A stretch of DNA of 64,000 bases, taken from positions 9,695 through 73,694 of the forward strand of contig JAZNJM010000064.1 in NCBI GenBank assembly GCA_045578045.1, given 5' to 3'. Numbering within the stretch: the stretch's first letter is position 1; every line of letters starts with the position of its first letter. Source of the stretch: Eubacteriales bacterium (GTDB lineage: Bacteria; Bacillota; Clostridia; Oscillospirales; CAG-382). Below are positions 10,399 through 21,231 of this stretch, piece by piece. Made by a program: the position numbers and the translations under genes. The notes below the pieces were generated by a model. The model worked only from the letters and a program-made list of their open reading frames with translations. It had not been told where the DNA came from and made no database searches.

Positions 10399-12637
10399 TA
10401 AGACAGCCATCAAGAATTATCTGTCTATCTGTTTTTGAAAGAGGAGCAAAGCCAAGAGATATATTTTCTAACGAACCATCTTTTCGAATAATCACAGCAG
10501 AAACGTTTTCTTTCTCTGATTCAATAGCATTTTTAATTCCCTTAACGTATATATAGTCTCCCTCGGAACATTTAAGCTCTTCTTTAAAAATAAAAGGAAC
10601 AACACCCCAATTTATAAGGTTAGACAGATAACGCTTTGTTGCATATTCTTTAGCAATATTTGCCCACGTTCCCAATATTTTTTGGCAAGATACAGCTTGT
10701 TCTCGTGCTGAACCGTCTCCTGGTTTATAAGCATATACGAGAGTACCATAACCAACGTTTCCACGTTCTGAAATATCAAGCAATGAAAATACATTGTCAA
10801 TCTCAGAAGTATCAACATTACTTAAAGTTTCGTCTCTGCGGGCTTTTTCAAAGGTTCTGAAAGCCTTTGCTGTTGGAACATATGAAGGAACTTTTCTTGA
10901 AAGAGCAAATTCTGCAAGACGTTCGGGATTAGAACGGAAAGAAGATGTTTCTCCAGAAGGTATAAGCTCATCCGTTGTTGTTACAGGATCGGTTATGTAT
11001 GCTGCAACTTTAAGAAGAAGATCCTCCGTAAGAGGAGCCATCTCTGGCCAATCTGTTATATTTGGACCAAATTTAAGGTCAGCAGAGCTGTTGGGATTTC
11101 CGAAACCATTATATACTCTTGCTTTATATATTTCTTCATTATAAACGTATTCTGGGATAGAATCGTTATAATCAATTTCATCAGCACCAATTAAAACGCC
11201 TTTATTTCTTGCGGTTGCGGCGATTGAACGAGCATCCATTAATGCAACGGCAGCAAGTTGACCTTCACCAGGCTTCGAACCTTCTCTGTTAGGAAAGTTT
11301 CTTGTTGAATGTCTTATGGAAAGTCCTCCATTAAGCGGAACATCCCCAGCTCCGAAGCAAGGACCGCAAAACGCAGTTCTCAAGGTCGCTCCGCTAAGCA
11401 TAAGGCTTTCCATAGCTCCCGCTCGCATTGCTGCATAATGAACAGGCTGACTTGAAGGATACACTGAAAGGGAGAACACACCGTTACCCGTGGTTTGACC
11501 TTTAAGAATTTCCGATGCTGCAATAAGGTTTTCATATCCTCCACCTGCGCATCCAGCAATAACACCTTGATCAACGCAGAATTTTCCGTTTATTAACTTA
11601 TCACGCAAAGAGAAATTACACGTTTTGCCGCCGAATACTTCGGCGGCGTTTTGTTCAACGCCATAAAGAATTTCATCTGCATTTGCAAGAAATTCCTTTA
11701 TTGTATATCCGTTTGAAGGATGGAAAGGCAAAGCTATCATTGGCTCTACTTTTGAAAGATCAATTTCAACAACACCACTGTAATATGCAGGTGAAGAAAG
11801 CTTCATTTCTTTATACGCTTCTCCCCTTCCGTGATTTTGAAGGTATTTCTTTGTTTTTTCGTCTGTTTCCCAAACGGATGAAAGGCAAGTTGTTTCCGTT
11901 GTCATAACGTCTATACCGATTCTATAGTCCATAGAAATATTTGAAACGCCTTCACCAATAAATTCAAGAACAGTATTTTTAACAAATCCGTTTGCGAAAA
12001 CTGCTTTAATAAGTGCAATTGCTACGTCCTGAGGTCCAACACCGTGGGAGGGTTTTCCCGTCAGATGCACTGCAACGATTCGGGGCATATCAATGTCATA
12101 GGTTTTTCCTAAAATCTGTTTTACGAGTTCAGGTCCACCCTCGCCTATTGCAAGACAACCTAAAGCCCCATAACGAGTATGACTGTCTGAACCTAATATC
12201 ATTTTACCTGGAGCTGCAAAACATTCTCTCATATACTGATGAATAACAGCAATATGGGGAGGGACGTAAATTCCACCATATTTAACTGCCGCAGAAAGTC
12301 CAAACGCGTGGTCATCTTCGTTTATTGTTCCACCAACTGCGCAAAGACTGTTATGACAGTTTGTTAGCACATATGGAACGGGGAATTTTTCAAGCCCTGT
12401 TGCACGAGCTGTTTGGATTATACCAACGTACGTTATATCGTGCGATGCCAAAGCATCAAATTTTATGTTAAGTCGTGTTTCGCTGTTTCCAACGTTATGA
12501 TTCTTTAAAATTGAATATGCTAACGTATTTTTTGAACATTCTTCCACAGTTATGTTTTTAACGATTTCGGGAAGCTCAGAGGCGGAATTGTAGAATTTAC
12601 CGCCATAATATATACATCCGTTTTTAAGTTCTACCAC
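10379..12637 (-). CDS. Aconitase-family hydratase (putative aconitate hydratase)
   Basis: GSDSHTRYGALGCLAIGEGG and FCGPCFGAGD cluster-ligand motifs. GTG start behind AGGAGA. Starts 20 nt after the obg stop. Confidence 0.85.
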   Translation of the reverse strand: MVELKNGCIYYGGKFYNSASELPEIVKNITVEECSKNTLAYSILKNHNVGNSETRLNIKFDALASHDITYVGIIQTARATGLEKFPVPYVLTNCHNSLCAVGGTINEDDHAFGLSAAVKYGGIYVPPHIAVIHQYMRECFAAPGKMILGSDSHTRYGALGCLAIGEGGPELVKQILGKTYDIDMPRIVAVHLTGKPSHGVGPQDVAIALIKAVFANGFVKNTVLEFIGEGVSNISMDYRIGIDVMTTETTCLSSVWETDEKTKKYLQNHGRGEAYKEMKLSSPAYYSGVVEIDLSKVEPMIALPFHPSNGYTIKEFLANADEILYGVEQNAAEVFGGKTCNFSLRDKLINGKFCVDQGVIAGCAGGGYENLIAASEILKGQTTGNGVFSLSVYPSSQPVHYAAMRAGAMESLMLSGATLRTAFCGPCFGAGDVPLNGGLSIRHSTRNFPNREGSKPGEGQLAAVALMDARSIAATARNKGVLIGADEIDYNDSIPEYVYNEEIYKARVYNGFGNPNSSADLKFGPNITDWPEMAPLTEDLLLKVAAYITDPVTTTDELIPSGETSSFRSNPERLAEFALSRKVPSYVPTAKAFRTFEKARRDETLSNVDTSEIDNVFSLLDISERGNVGYGTLVYAYKPGDGSAREQAVSCQKILGTWANIAKEYATKRYLSNLINWGVVPFIFKEELKCSEGDYIYVKGIKNAIESEKENVSAVIIRKDGSLENISLGFAPLSKTDRQIILDGCLINNYRH

Positions 12638-12657
12638 TTTTATATTTCTCCTATTTT

Positions 12658-13926
12658 TTATTCAACATAGTTAAATTCGAGACCGTATATTTCAACTGTA
12701 TCTCCTTCTTTTATACCTTTTTCAACAAGAGCATCGAAAACTCCGCCTTTTTTAAGAATCTTCTGGAAATAGTTGAAAGATTCATAATCGTCAAAATAAA
12801 CGCCTCCCGCAGCTCTTTTAATCCATTCTCCTGTAACGTGATATACACCGTCTTTATAATCGATGAAGGTCTCTCTAATACGTTCCGGTGTTACGTCAAA
12901 GGAAATTTCGCTATCATACGAAACAACAGGAGGAAGCTCTTTTAACATATTTGCAACACATTCAAGAAGCGGTTTAATTCCTTCACCCGTTACTGCCGAA
13001 ATATAAAACAAAGGCATATTTTTCTCTTTTGAAAACTGTTCAACGCCTTCAAGAAGGCTTTCTTCATAAATGCTGTCTTTTTTATTTCCAACAAGAATCA
13101 TAGGGCGTTTTGCGAGTTCTTCACTCCATTTTTCAAGCTCTGAATTGATTTTAATAATTTTGTCAAGAGCCTTTTCACCGTCTTCACATGAAGCATCAAA
13201 AAGATGAAGCATAAGGCGACATCTATCTATATGCCTTAAAAAATCGTGTCCAAGACCAAGTCCGTCCGATGCCCCCTCTATTAATCCAGGAATATCAGCA
13301 ACAACAAAGGTTTCTTCATAAACAGAAGCAACGCCAAGATTAGGTGTTAAGGTTGTAAAAGGATAATTTCCTATTTTAGGATTTGCTGCTGTCATCTTTG
13401 ATAAAAGAGTTGACTTTCCAACATTTGGAAAACCAACAAGTCCAACGTCTGCAATCATTTTAAGCTCAAGAATAATATCTCTTTCTTCGCCTTCTGTTCC
13501 ATTCTTTGCAAAACGTGGTGCTTGTCTTGTTGGGGTTGCAAAATGACTGTTTCCCCATCCGCCTTTTCCTCCTCTTGCCGCAATATACGGTTTACCGTCA
13601 GACATATCGTGGATAACCTTACCTGTTTCAGCATCCTTAATGACAGTTCCTTTGGGAACGGGAAGAATCAGGTCAACACCGCTTTTCCCCGCAAAACGCT
13701 TTCCGCCACCGTTTTCACCATTTTGCGCAACGTGTTTTCTTCGATTTTTATAATCAAGTAAAGTGTTTTTTCCTTCATCAACAATGAATATAACGTTTCC
13801 GCCTCTTCCACCGTCTCCACCATCAGGGCCGCCATTAGGAACGTATTTTTCTCTGCGAAATGAAACGCTTCCATTACCGCCATTTCCTGCTTTAATATAC
13901 ATTTTGACTTTATCAATAAAAATCAA
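12658..13926 (-). CDS. obg: GTPase Obg
   Basis: Gly-rich Obg fold (GNGGNGSVSFRREK...GGDGGRGG), G1 GFPNVGKST, and a C-terminal OCT-like domain. TTG start behind GAGGTG. Confidence 0.95.
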   Translation of the reverse strand: MIFIDKVKMYIKAGNGGNGSVSFRREKYVPNGGPDGGDGGRGGNVIFIVDEGKNTLLDYKNRRKHVAQNGENGGGKRFAGKSGVDLILPVPKGTVIKDAETGKVIHDMSDGKPYIAARGGKGGWGNSHFATPTRQAPRFAKNGTEGEERDIILELKMIADVGLVGFPNVGKSTLLSKMTAANPKIGNYPFTTLTPNLGVASVYEETFVVADIPGLIEGASDGLGLGHDFLRHIDRCRLMLHLFDASCEDGEKALDKIIKINSELEKWSEELAKRPMILVGNKKDSIYEESLLEGVEQFSKEKNMPLFYISAVTGEGIKPLLECVANMLKELPPVVSYDSEISFDVTPERIRETFIDYKDGVYHVTGEWIKRAAGGVYFDDYESFNYFQKILKKGGVFDALVEKGIKEGDTVEIYGLEFNYVE

Positions 13927-14100
13927 TTTTCAACACCTCACTTTTAACTTTGCTTATATTAAGAAATTAGGAAGTATGCCAACCACACTTCCTAATCTTA
14001 CAATTCAAACAACGATTCAATTTGCTGTAATTATAAAAAACGTTGATTTACGAAATAATAATTATAAATCTAAAATCTATAAATATAAATTTTTTCTGAA

Positions 14101-14379
14101 TTATGCTTCGTAAACGCTAACCTTTTTTCTGCCGCCTGCCATAGGTTCAAATTTAACAACGCCGTTTGCAAGAGCAAACAATGTATCATCAGAACCACGA
14201 CCTACGTTTTTACCTGGGTGAATACTTGTTCCACGTTGACGAACAATAATATTTCCAGCAAGAACTGCCTGACCGTCAGCACGTTTTACGCCAAGTCTTT
14301 TGGATTCAGAATCTCTGCCGTTCTTTGTTGAACCAACACCCTTTTTATGAGCAAAAAACTGAATTGATAATCTGATCAT
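14101..14379 (-). CDS. rpmA: 50S ribosomal protein L27 with cleavable N-terminal extension
   Basis: [24 protein letters not shown], the Firmicute pro-L27 form with a Prp cleavage site. Confidence 0.95.
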   Translation of the reverse strand: MIRLSIQFFAHKKGVGSTKNGRDSESKRLGVKRADGQAVLAGNIIVRQRGTSIHPGKNVGRGSDDTLFALANGVVKFEPMAGGRKKVSVYEA

Positions 14380-14439
14380 TTCTTTTCTCTCCTATTCTAT
14401 AGAATTCAAGCTTTTGTAGAATTTTTAATCTACTTAATT

Positions 14440-14787
14440 TTACGATTTTTTAACCGTTTCTGTCACTTTCACAAAATCTGGATAATCCTCCGAAACAGAT
14501 TTAATACAAAGGTATAAAGTTTTAATTCCCTTTATTGCACATTCGCTTTCAGCATCAAACGGCTTTGTTAATTCAAAGTCAACAGATGCTTTTTTCTCGT
14601 TAGATTTAAAATCAAACTCACATTGAAAAACATCGTTTACCATATTAACAAAAAGCATAACCATAGAGCTGACAGAAGCACAAACTATGTCGCTTCCCGC
14701 TTCAGCATAGCCCGAATGTCCTTTTATATTAAAACCAACGAAAAAATCTTCCGTTTTATTAATCTTGTAAAAATCAGCCTTAATCAT
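14440..14787 (-). CDS. prp: Ribosomal-processing cysteine protease Prp
   Basis: GHSGYAEAGSDIVCASVS motif, and its position between rplU and rpmA. Confidence 0.85.
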   Translation of the reverse strand: MIKADFYKINKTEDFFVGFNIKGHSGYAEAGSDIVCASVSSMVMLFVNMVNDVFQCEFDFKSNEKKASVDFELTKPFDAESECAIKGIKTLYLCIKSVSEDYPDFVKVTETVKKS

Positions 14788-14814
14788 ATGATAACCTTTT
14801 AGGATTATATATAA

Positions 14815-15123
14815 TTATGCTTCGATTGTTGTGATCTGAACCTTTGTATAAGGTTGTCTGTGACCAATGTGTCTTCTTTCGTTCTTCTTGGATTTGTAAC
14901 GGTAAATGTCGATTTTTTTGCCTTTACCATTTTTGATAACGGTAGCATTTACTTTGCAATCCAATAAGGGAGCGCCAACTTTGAAACCGTCAGCAGCGGA
15001 AACGGCAAGAACCTTATCAAAAACGATAGCCTGTCCGTCCTCTACATTAAGCTTTTCTACGAAGAGAATGTCTCCTTCGGAAACTTTGTACTGCTTTCCG
15101 CCTGTTTCGATTACTGCAAACAC
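14815..15123 (-). CDS. rplU: 50S ribosomal protein L21
   Basis: [21 protein letters not shown] start behind GAGGTG. The tracked ORF (to 15252) over-extends the N-terminus. Confidence 0.92.
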   Translation of the reverse strand: MFAVIETGGKQYKVSEGDILFVEKLNVEDGQAIVFDKVLAVSAADGFKVGAPLLDCKVNATVIKNGKGKKIDIYRYKSKKNERRHIGHRQPYTKVQITTIEA

Positions 15124-15240
15124 GAAAAGCACCTCACTTTCTTTTATGTCTCGCTGTATTTTAGGGCGGCACTTACTGCACTTCAAAATGCCCCATACAA
15201 GCGGCTTTTTAATTATAACATCAAAAAAGGCAGTTGTCAA
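15124..15240 (-). promoter_or_regulatory. Consensus promoter plus about 85-nt leader of the rplU-prp-rpmA operon (possible L21-leader-type element)
   Basis: On the minus strand: TTGACA (15235..15240), 17-nt spacer, TATAAT (15212..15217), then a GC-richer structured-looking leader. The leader-family assignment is unverified. Confidence 0.5.
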
Positions 15241-15384
15241 GAAGTTTTTCAAAACAAGCTGCCTTTTTATTGTAAAAAAATTATGAACTATAATTTTTTA
15301 TATGAATCATACCTACTTATATCTTTCTTAACATATCAATTCTATTGAAATTTGATAATATATATGAAAAATACTACTTTAATA

Positions 15385-16149
15385 TCATTTTGACAATTCC
15401 TTGTCTTTTTCAACAAGAATTCTAACAGCCTCTATTGCTGTTTTAATTGCAGCCTCAGTATCGTGAACTTCTGGATTACTCAAGCCAGCATCTGCTCTTT
15501 CTTGATTCCAAACAACCTGAAAAACTGAACCTGCTCTGACCTTAAGTGTTGCCGCTACTGTATAAAGAGCCGCTGCCTCCATTTCACTGCAAAGAACTCC
15601 AAGCCTTTTCCACGCTTCCCATTTTTCAAGAAGTGCAGTAGCCGTAGCCATTCTTTTTGGGGAATGTTGACCATAAAATGAATCTTTACTTTGACATACA
15701 CCCATATGACATTTTTGTCCTAATTTTCGTGCGGCTTCTCTAAGTGCATATGCAACATCAAAGTCTCCTACCGCTGGAAATTCAACGGGAGCATATTCGT
15801 TGCTCGTTCCATCCTGACGAACAGCACCCGTTGCAACCACAATATCTCCGCCAATAACGTCAAGCTGTATTCCTCCGCAAGTTCCAACACGAATAAACGT
15901 ATCTGCTCCGCCCATAACAAGTTCTTCCATAGCTATTGCAGATGAAGGACCTCCTATACCGGTTGAACAAACTGAAACTTTCGCTCCGTTTATTGTTCCA
16001 GTATAAATCGTATATTCTCTGTTTGATGAAACAAACTCTGCGGTATCAAAAAAGGATGCTATCTTTTCGCATCTTCCTGGATCACCTGGCAAAAAACAAT
16101 ATTTACCAATACTTCCCTCGGGACATCTGAGATGATAAAATTCCTGCAT
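15385..16149 (-). CDS. udp: Uridine phosphorylase-like nucleoside phosphorylase
   Basis: [29 protein letters not shown] and SEMEAAALY align by eye to Udp. Start MQEFYHL sits behind GGAGG. Confidence 0.8.
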   Translation of the reverse strand: MQEFYHLRCPEGSIGKYCFLPGDPGRCEKIASFFDTAEFVSSNREYTIYTGTINGAKVSVCSTGIGGPSSAIAMEELVMGGADTFIRVGTCGGIQLDVIGGDIVVATGAVRQDGTSNEYAPVEFPAVGDFDVAYALREAARKLGQKCHMGVCQSKDSFYGQHSPKRMATATALLEKWEAWKRLGVLCSEMEAAALYTVAATLKVRAGSVFQVVWNQERADAGLSNPEVHDTEAAIKTAIEAVRILVEKDKELSK

Positions 16150-16315
16150 ATTTTCCTCCAAATTTATTATTCCATATGAAATCATATATTTAATTCTTTA
16201 CTGAAATATTTTAACACATTGAACAGAAAAAATCAATATGCTTTTTTGGTATTTTACATTTTTCCTATTGAAGATATCAAATTTATATGTTAAAATTACT
16301 TATAAAAATATATTT

Positions 16316-16948
16316 TTAGTTTCCAGAACAGTTTATTGTTTCGTTGCAACAATTACAGCCTTTGTTATAATATCCACCAACCCAAAAGGGAAGACCAACA
16401 GGATCAAACAAAGGTTGACTTTCACACAATACTGAATTATTGCCTCCGCAAGAACTACAGGAGCAATTATTGTTACAACTTGAACCGCAAGAGCAATTAT
16501 TATTTCCAAAAGAACAGCCATTGTTACCACACGTACCGCGAGAACAATTATTATTTACACGGGAACAACTACTGTTACCACACGCATCGCAAGAACAGCT
16601 ATTATTACCACACGCACCGCAAGAACAATTATTATTTCCGCAAGAGCAGCTACTTTTTTCGCAAGAACTACAAGAGCTTCCCACTCCAGACGAAAGACAA
16701 TAAATTTGTCCTGAACCACAAAATACTCTTGTTGGAACGTTGTCATACTCAACCTCTCTTCTTTCAGTGTTTCTAACATACTGAGACAAAGAAGAACAAG
16801 AACAAGAAGAAGAACAACAACTATTATTTGCTCTGTTTCTTCGAGAGTCCCCGAATAAGTTTTGAGAACTTAATTCAGAATTTCTATAGGATAACGAATT
16901 ATAATTTGATATATTCGTATTATTTGATTTATTACAATTACAACTCAT
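16316..16948 (-). CDS. Cys/Asn/Ser-rich repeat protein of unknown function
   Basis: 210 aa with 33 Cys by my count. No signal peptide or TM segment. AGAGG RBS. Central CGNNxCSC-type repeats. Confidence 0.7.
   Translation of the reverse strand: MSCNCNKSNNTNISNYNSLSYRNSELSSQNLFGDSRRNRANNSCCSSSCSCSSLSQYVRNTERREVEYDNVPTRVFCGSGQIYCLSSGVGSSCSSCEKSSCSCGNNNCSCGACGNNSCSCDACGNSSCSRVNNNCSRGTCGNNGCSFGNNNCSCGSSCNNNCSCSSCGGNNSVLCESQPLFDPVGLPFWVGGYYNKGCNCCNETINCSGN
16436..16675 (-). repeat. Imperfect 27-nt (9-aa) coding tandem repeats, CGNN(N/S)CSC(G/D)A type
   Basis: SCSCGNNNCSCGACGNNSCSCDACGNSSCSRVNNNCSRGTCGNNGCSFGNNNCSCGSSCNNNCSCSSCGGNN. The repeat keeps several frames open on both strands. Confidence 0.8.
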
Positions 16949-17028
16949 AATAATATACCTCTTTTTATATTTTAATACAGTATTCTTTTATAATATTTAA
17001 TGCATATATACGCAAAGGAGCTACAAAA

Positions 17029-18987
17029 ATGTTTTTACCTCTCACCAGAAAAGAATTTGATGACCTTGGAATTATACAGGCTGACTTTATTTTTGTTACG
17101 GGCGATGCATACGTTGATCACCCATCTTTTGGCACTGCTATACTTTCAAGAGTTCTTGAAGCAGAGGGATATTCTGTTGCTATTATTGCTCAACCCGACT
17201 ATAAAAGTGTTACAGACTTTAAAAGATTCGGAAAACCAAGACTTGGATTTTTAGTTAATAGTGGAAATATTGACTCTATGGTCGCTCATTACACAGCATC
17301 AGGAAAACCGAGAAGTGATGATTATTATTCTCCCGGCGGAGTTAAAGGAAAACGTCCTGACAGAGCTGTTATCGTTTATTGCAACAGAATTAGAGAGGCA
17401 TACGGAGATGTCCCTATTATAATTGGTGGAATTGAAGCCTCAACAAGAAGATTTGCACATTATGATTATTGGACAAACAAAGTCAGAAGAAGTATACTTA
17501 TTGACTCAACAGCAGATATACTTGCTTTTGGAATGGGAGAAAATATTTTAAAGAGAATTGCTTTTCTTCTCGACAAAGGTGTTCCCGTTAAAAAAATAAG
17601 AGATGTAAGAGGAACTTGCATAACAGCGGAAAAAGATTATATTCCAAAATTTGATTACGTTAAAACGTATCATTACGACACTCTTAAGACTGATAAGAAA
17701 GCATATGCAAACGCATTTAAAATTCAATATGAAAATCAAGACCATATAACAGGAAAAGCAATAGTAGAAGAATATGATAAATGTATTTTAGTCCAAAATC
17801 CTCCTATGCCTCCCCTATCACGAAAAGAGCTTGATGACGTTTATTCTCTTCCATTTATGAGAGATTACCATCCATCATATGAAGCAGAAGGCGGAGTTCC
17901 TGCAATTAAAGAAGTTAAATTTTCACTTGCTCATAATAGGGGTTGTTTTGGTGGTTGTAATTTTTGTGCAATAACGTTTAATCAAGGTAGAAGCGTTACT
18001 TCAAGAAGCATAGACTCGGTTGTTAAAGAAGCAGAAATTATTGCGTCTATGCCTGATTTCAAGGGCTATATACATGATGTTGGAGGTCCAACAGCAAATT
18101 TCAGAAACGCATCATGCGAGAAGCAAAAGAAAAATGGTATGTGTATAAAAAAACGCTGTCTTTTTCCTACGCCTTGCAAAAATCTTAATGCAGACCATAG
18201 CGAATACATTGAGCTTCTCAATAGAATAAAAGAAATTAAGGGAGTTAAAAAAGTTTTTGTTCGTTCCGGAGTAAGATATGATTTTGCTCTTTGCTCTTCT
18301 AATGACAAATTTTTAAAACAACTCATTTCTGAACACACAAGCGGACAGTTAAAGGTTGCGCCTGAACATTGTTCTAATAACGTTTTAAAATATATGGGAA
18401 AACCTTCTTTTGAAGTTTATAAAAAGTTTTCTGAAAAGTTTTATAAAATAACGAAAAATTACGGAAAAGAGCAATATCTCGTTCCTTATCTTATGTCTTC
18501 CCATCCGGGAAGTAGATTGGAAGATGCAATAGAACTTGCATTATATTTAAAGAAAAATAAAATAAATCCCGAACAAGTTCAGGATTTTTATCCAACCCCT
18601 GGAACAGCTTCAACTTGTATGTTTTATACCGAAATTGATCCATTCACGGGTGAAAACGTTTACGTTCCCAAAAGCTATGAAGAAAAAAAGATGCAACGTG
18701 CTCTTCTTCAATTTTCAAGAAAAGAAAACTATGAAACAGTTAAAAAAGCACTTATAAAAGCTGGACGAGAAGACCTTATTGGAAATGGAGAAGATTGTCT
18801 TATTTGGTTCAGACCATTATCAAAAACAAAAAAAGACGAAAAAAAATATAATAATGTTCAATTATCTAAATCAAAAGATAGAAGAAACGTTACACTTAAA
18901 GATAAAAAAACTAATAGTAAAAAAAGTAAATTAAATAAAACAAATAAAAATAATTCATCTCGAAAAAATTTTAAAAAACAAATATGA
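17029..18987 (+). CDS. ygiQ: YgiQ-family (UPF0313) radical SAM protein with Lys-rich C-terminal tail
   Basis: N-terminal [20 protein letters not shown] and radical-SAM cluster motif [17 protein letters not shown]. Confidence 0.9.
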   Translation: MFLPLTRKEFDDLGIIQADFIFVTGDAYVDHPSFGTAILSRVLEAEGYSVAIIAQPDYKSVTDFKRFGKPRLGFLVNSGNIDSMVAHYTASGKPRSDDYYSPGGVKGKRPDRAVIVYCNRIREAYGDVPIIIGGIEASTRRFAHYDYWTNKVRRSILIDSTADILAFGMGENILKRIAFLLDKGVPVKKIRDVRGTCITAEKDYIPKFDYVKTYHYDTLKTDKKAYANAFKIQYENQDHITGKAIVEEYDKCILVQNPPMPPLSRKELDDVYSLPFMRDYHPSYEAEGGVPAIKEVKFSLAHNRGCFGGCNFCAITFNQGRSVTSRSIDSVVKEAEIIASMPDFKGYIHDVGGPTANFRNASCEKQKKNGMCIKKRCLFPTPCKNLNADHSEYIELLNRIKEIKGVKKVFVRSGVRYDFALCSSNDKFLKQLISEHTSGQLKVAPEHCSNNVLKYMGKPSFEVYKKFSEKFYKITKNYGKEQYLVPYLMSSHPGSRLEDAIELALYLKKNKINPEQVQDFYPTPGTASTCMFYTEIDPFTGENVYVPKSYEEKKMQRALLQFSRKENYETVKKALIKAGREDLIGNGEDCLIWFRPLSKTKKDEKKYNNVQLSKSKDRRNVTLKDKKTNSKKSKLNKTNKNNSSRKNFKKQI

Positions 18988-18996
18988 AAAAAAAGC

Positions 18997-19032
18997 GCTT
19001 TCTCATTTTCAAAGATGAGAAAGCTATTTTTA
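18997..19032 (+). terminator. Rho-independent terminator after ygiQ
   Basis: Stem gctttctcat / atgagaaagc followed by a T-rich tract. Confidence 0.7.
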
Positions 19033-19061
19033 TAAAAAAACATATTTAATTATTATATTTA

Positions 19062-19108
19062 AATCCCCTTAGTGTTTCATCTACTTTAAGATAAACACTA
19101 AGGGGATT
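19062..19108 (-). terminator. Hairpin terminator at the end of the seven-gene locus
   Basis: 16-bp arms aatccccttagtgttt / aaacactaaggggatt, 74 nt after the last permease stop. Confidence 0.6.
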
Positions 19109-19181
19109 ATTACATCAAGATTATATACTTGAAAGAGTGTTAAACTTAAATCTAATAAAGAGAATTAATACGCGTTTAAGA

Positions 19182-20213
19182 TTAACCAGTGATACCTGAT
19201 CTTTCAATACCTTGAACAAGTGATTTCTGACCGAAGAGATAAACAACAACGAGAGGAGCAAGAATAAGCAAACCACAAGTGTTATTAATAGCTGTTGTAT
19301 AAGCCATTTCTCCCGCATACTGAGTATCAAGACTTGAAGGCACTTTAACTATTCTCGACAAGAACACAAAGTCATCTTTTGATGGGAAAAATACATTTGT
19401 ATAAAAAGTATCTGACCACTGCCAAGAGAACGAGAACATAAAGATGGTTACCATCATAGGAACTGACATTGGAAGAATAATTCTTACGAAAGTCTTGAAT
19501 ACACCAGCTCCGTCAACGTATGCCGCTTCCTCCAATTCATCGGGAACGCCTTGGTAATACTGTCTCATAATGAAGATATAAAGACCGTTTTTAAAACCAA
19601 GTCCTGTCATTGAAAGAATAACAAAAGGCCATACCGAGTTTGTTAAATCGGCAATGCAAGGTGTTAACTGATTGGACCACTTAAATGCTTTTGCAAGTTT
19701 TCCATATATTCCCCAAATATCAAAATATCTGAAAAGATAAAACATTGATGAACGCAAAGTCTTATGAGGAATAACCATCGTCATTATAACACAAGCAAAA
19801 AGAATTGTACGACCTTTAAACTTGAATTTTGTAAAACCATAACCAATGATTGAACAAATGAGTGTCTGCATAACAGCAACCATAACTGAAAGCAAGGTTG
19901 TATTAAACAATGCTTTAAAATATTCATTTTCTTTGATTATAGCTTTATATGTATCAAGAGTAGGATTCTTTGGAATGAGCTTAACACCAACGTCAACAAA
20001 GTCATCTCTGCCCATAAATGAGCTGGAAATCTTTGATATATACGGTTGAAGTATAACGTATGATATCCCAACAAGAAGAAGAAAACGGAAAATAGACAAT
20101 ACAACTTTTCCAGCAAAATACGAATTGAAATATTTATATTTCATTCTTGTCCAGAAAGGTGTATTTTCATCAACTTTCTTTTGTTTGAAGTTAGGAGTAT
20201 TTAATTTATCCAT
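19182..20213 (-). CDS. ABC transporter permease, MalG-like (pair 2)
   Basis: Six TM segments and EAA loop EAAYVDGAGVFKTFVRIILP. Confidence 0.85.
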   Translation of the reverse strand: MDKLNTPNFKQKKVDENTPFWTRMKYKYFNSYFAGKVVLSIFRFLLLVGISYVILQPYISKISSSFMGRDDFVDVGVKLIPKNPTLDTYKAIIKENEYFKALFNTTLLSVMVAVMQTLICSIIGYGFTKFKFKGRTILFACVIMTMVIPHKTLRSSMFYLFRYFDIWGIYGKLAKAFKWSNQLTPCIADLTNSVWPFVILSMTGLGFKNGLYIFIMRQYYQGVPDELEEAAYVDGAGVFKTFVRIILPMSVPMMVTIFMFSFSWQWSDTFYTNVFFPSKDDFVFLSRIVKVPSSLDTQYAGEMAYTTAINNTCGLLILAPLVVVYLFGQKSLVQGIERSGITG

Positions 20214-20227
20214 TTTTCCTATCCTCC

Positions 20228-21217
20228 TTATGCATCTTTACGCTGATAGAATACGTATGCAGAAAGTATAGCCGAAACAATACCAAGGATCAACAATACT
20301 ATAACAAAGTAAATCCAAGACATTGCAGTTGATCTTACGGTAGCATGCTGAATACTACTATCATATACATCAGAAATATAACTCATAACAGTATTCGTTT
20401 CTGAAACAAATGCATCTATAATCGTATAAATTGAGTTTACGAAAATCATTGGGCTTATCATTGGGAAAGTAATTTTCCAGAAAGTTTCCCAAGAAGATGC
20501 ACCTTCAATAAAGCAAGATTCATAAATTGCAGGTGAAATAGATTGGAGACCTGCAAGGAAAACGAGCATTTGAACACCGGAACGGTTAATGATATCGTAC
20601 ACGTTGTTAACTATGCCTGTTACGTAGTTAACAAGGTCCTTACCTACCTGCATATTTGCAAAGAATCTCTGAACGTCAAGAGAAGAAATAATCTGGGTAC
20701 CAGCGGAGGTTGTTTGTCCTCCACCGGTATCAATTGTATTTCCACTTGAAAGTCCTGCTGCAAGACTGTTTTGAAGGTCAATTGCTTCAATAATACCAGT
20801 TGATACAATAACAGGAATAAAGAATATTGCTCTGAAAGCTGCACGTCCTGCCATTTTACCATTAAGAATAATAGCTATAAATAATGAAAAAATAACAATT
20901 GCAGGAACGTCAAAAAGCAATTCTTTAAGGCTTCCTATGAGTGTTGGAACGAAAGAAGTATCTTCAAAAAGAGCATACTCGTAGTTTTCAAATCCAGCAT
21001 TCTTAAGAACAATACCGCCCAACTTACCATTTACTGTTATTGTACTAAAGCTATACTGAATAGATTCAACTATCAAGGGTAGATAAATGAGGAAAAATCC
21101 AAGTATAAAAGGAAGGACAAAGAAATAACCCTTTTTTGCCTTACTCTTTTCAAGAGATTTCCCTTTTCTTTTCTTGGGAGCGGGTTTAGCAGCTGCTTTT
21201 GTATTAGTTTGATTCAT
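20228..21217 (-). CDS. ABC transporter permease, MalF-like (pair 2)
   Basis: Basic N-terminus, TM segments, EAA loop ESCFIEGASSWETFWKITFP. Confidence 0.85.
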   Translation of the reverse strand: MNQTNTKAAAKPAPKKRKGKSLEKSKAKKGYFFVLPFILGFFLIYLPLIVESIQYSFSTITVNGKLGGIVLKNAGFENYEYALFEDTSFVPTLIGSLKELLFDVPAIVIFSLFIAIILNGKMAGRAAFRAIFFIPVIVSTGIIEAIDLQNSLAAGLSSGNTIDTGGGQTTSAGTQIISSLDVQRFFANMQVGKDLVNYVTGIVNNVYDIINRSGVQMLVFLAGLQSISPAIYESCFIEGASSWETFWKITFPMISPMIFVNSIYTIIDAFVSETNTVMSYISDVYDSSIQHATVRSTAMSWIYFVIVLLILGIVSAILSAYVFYQRKDA

Positions 21218-21231
21218 TTTCTGCCTCCTCC

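Noticed and set aside
16336-16779. Four additional long ORFs (both strands, 65-146 aa) overlapping the Cys-rich gene
   Set aside because: They are by-products of the stop-free 27-nt repeat. They lack RBSs, and their translations are low-complexity (Q/L/P or Y/H/R strings). Only the minus-strand frame starting at 16948 has an RBS and a non-repetitive N- and C-terminus.
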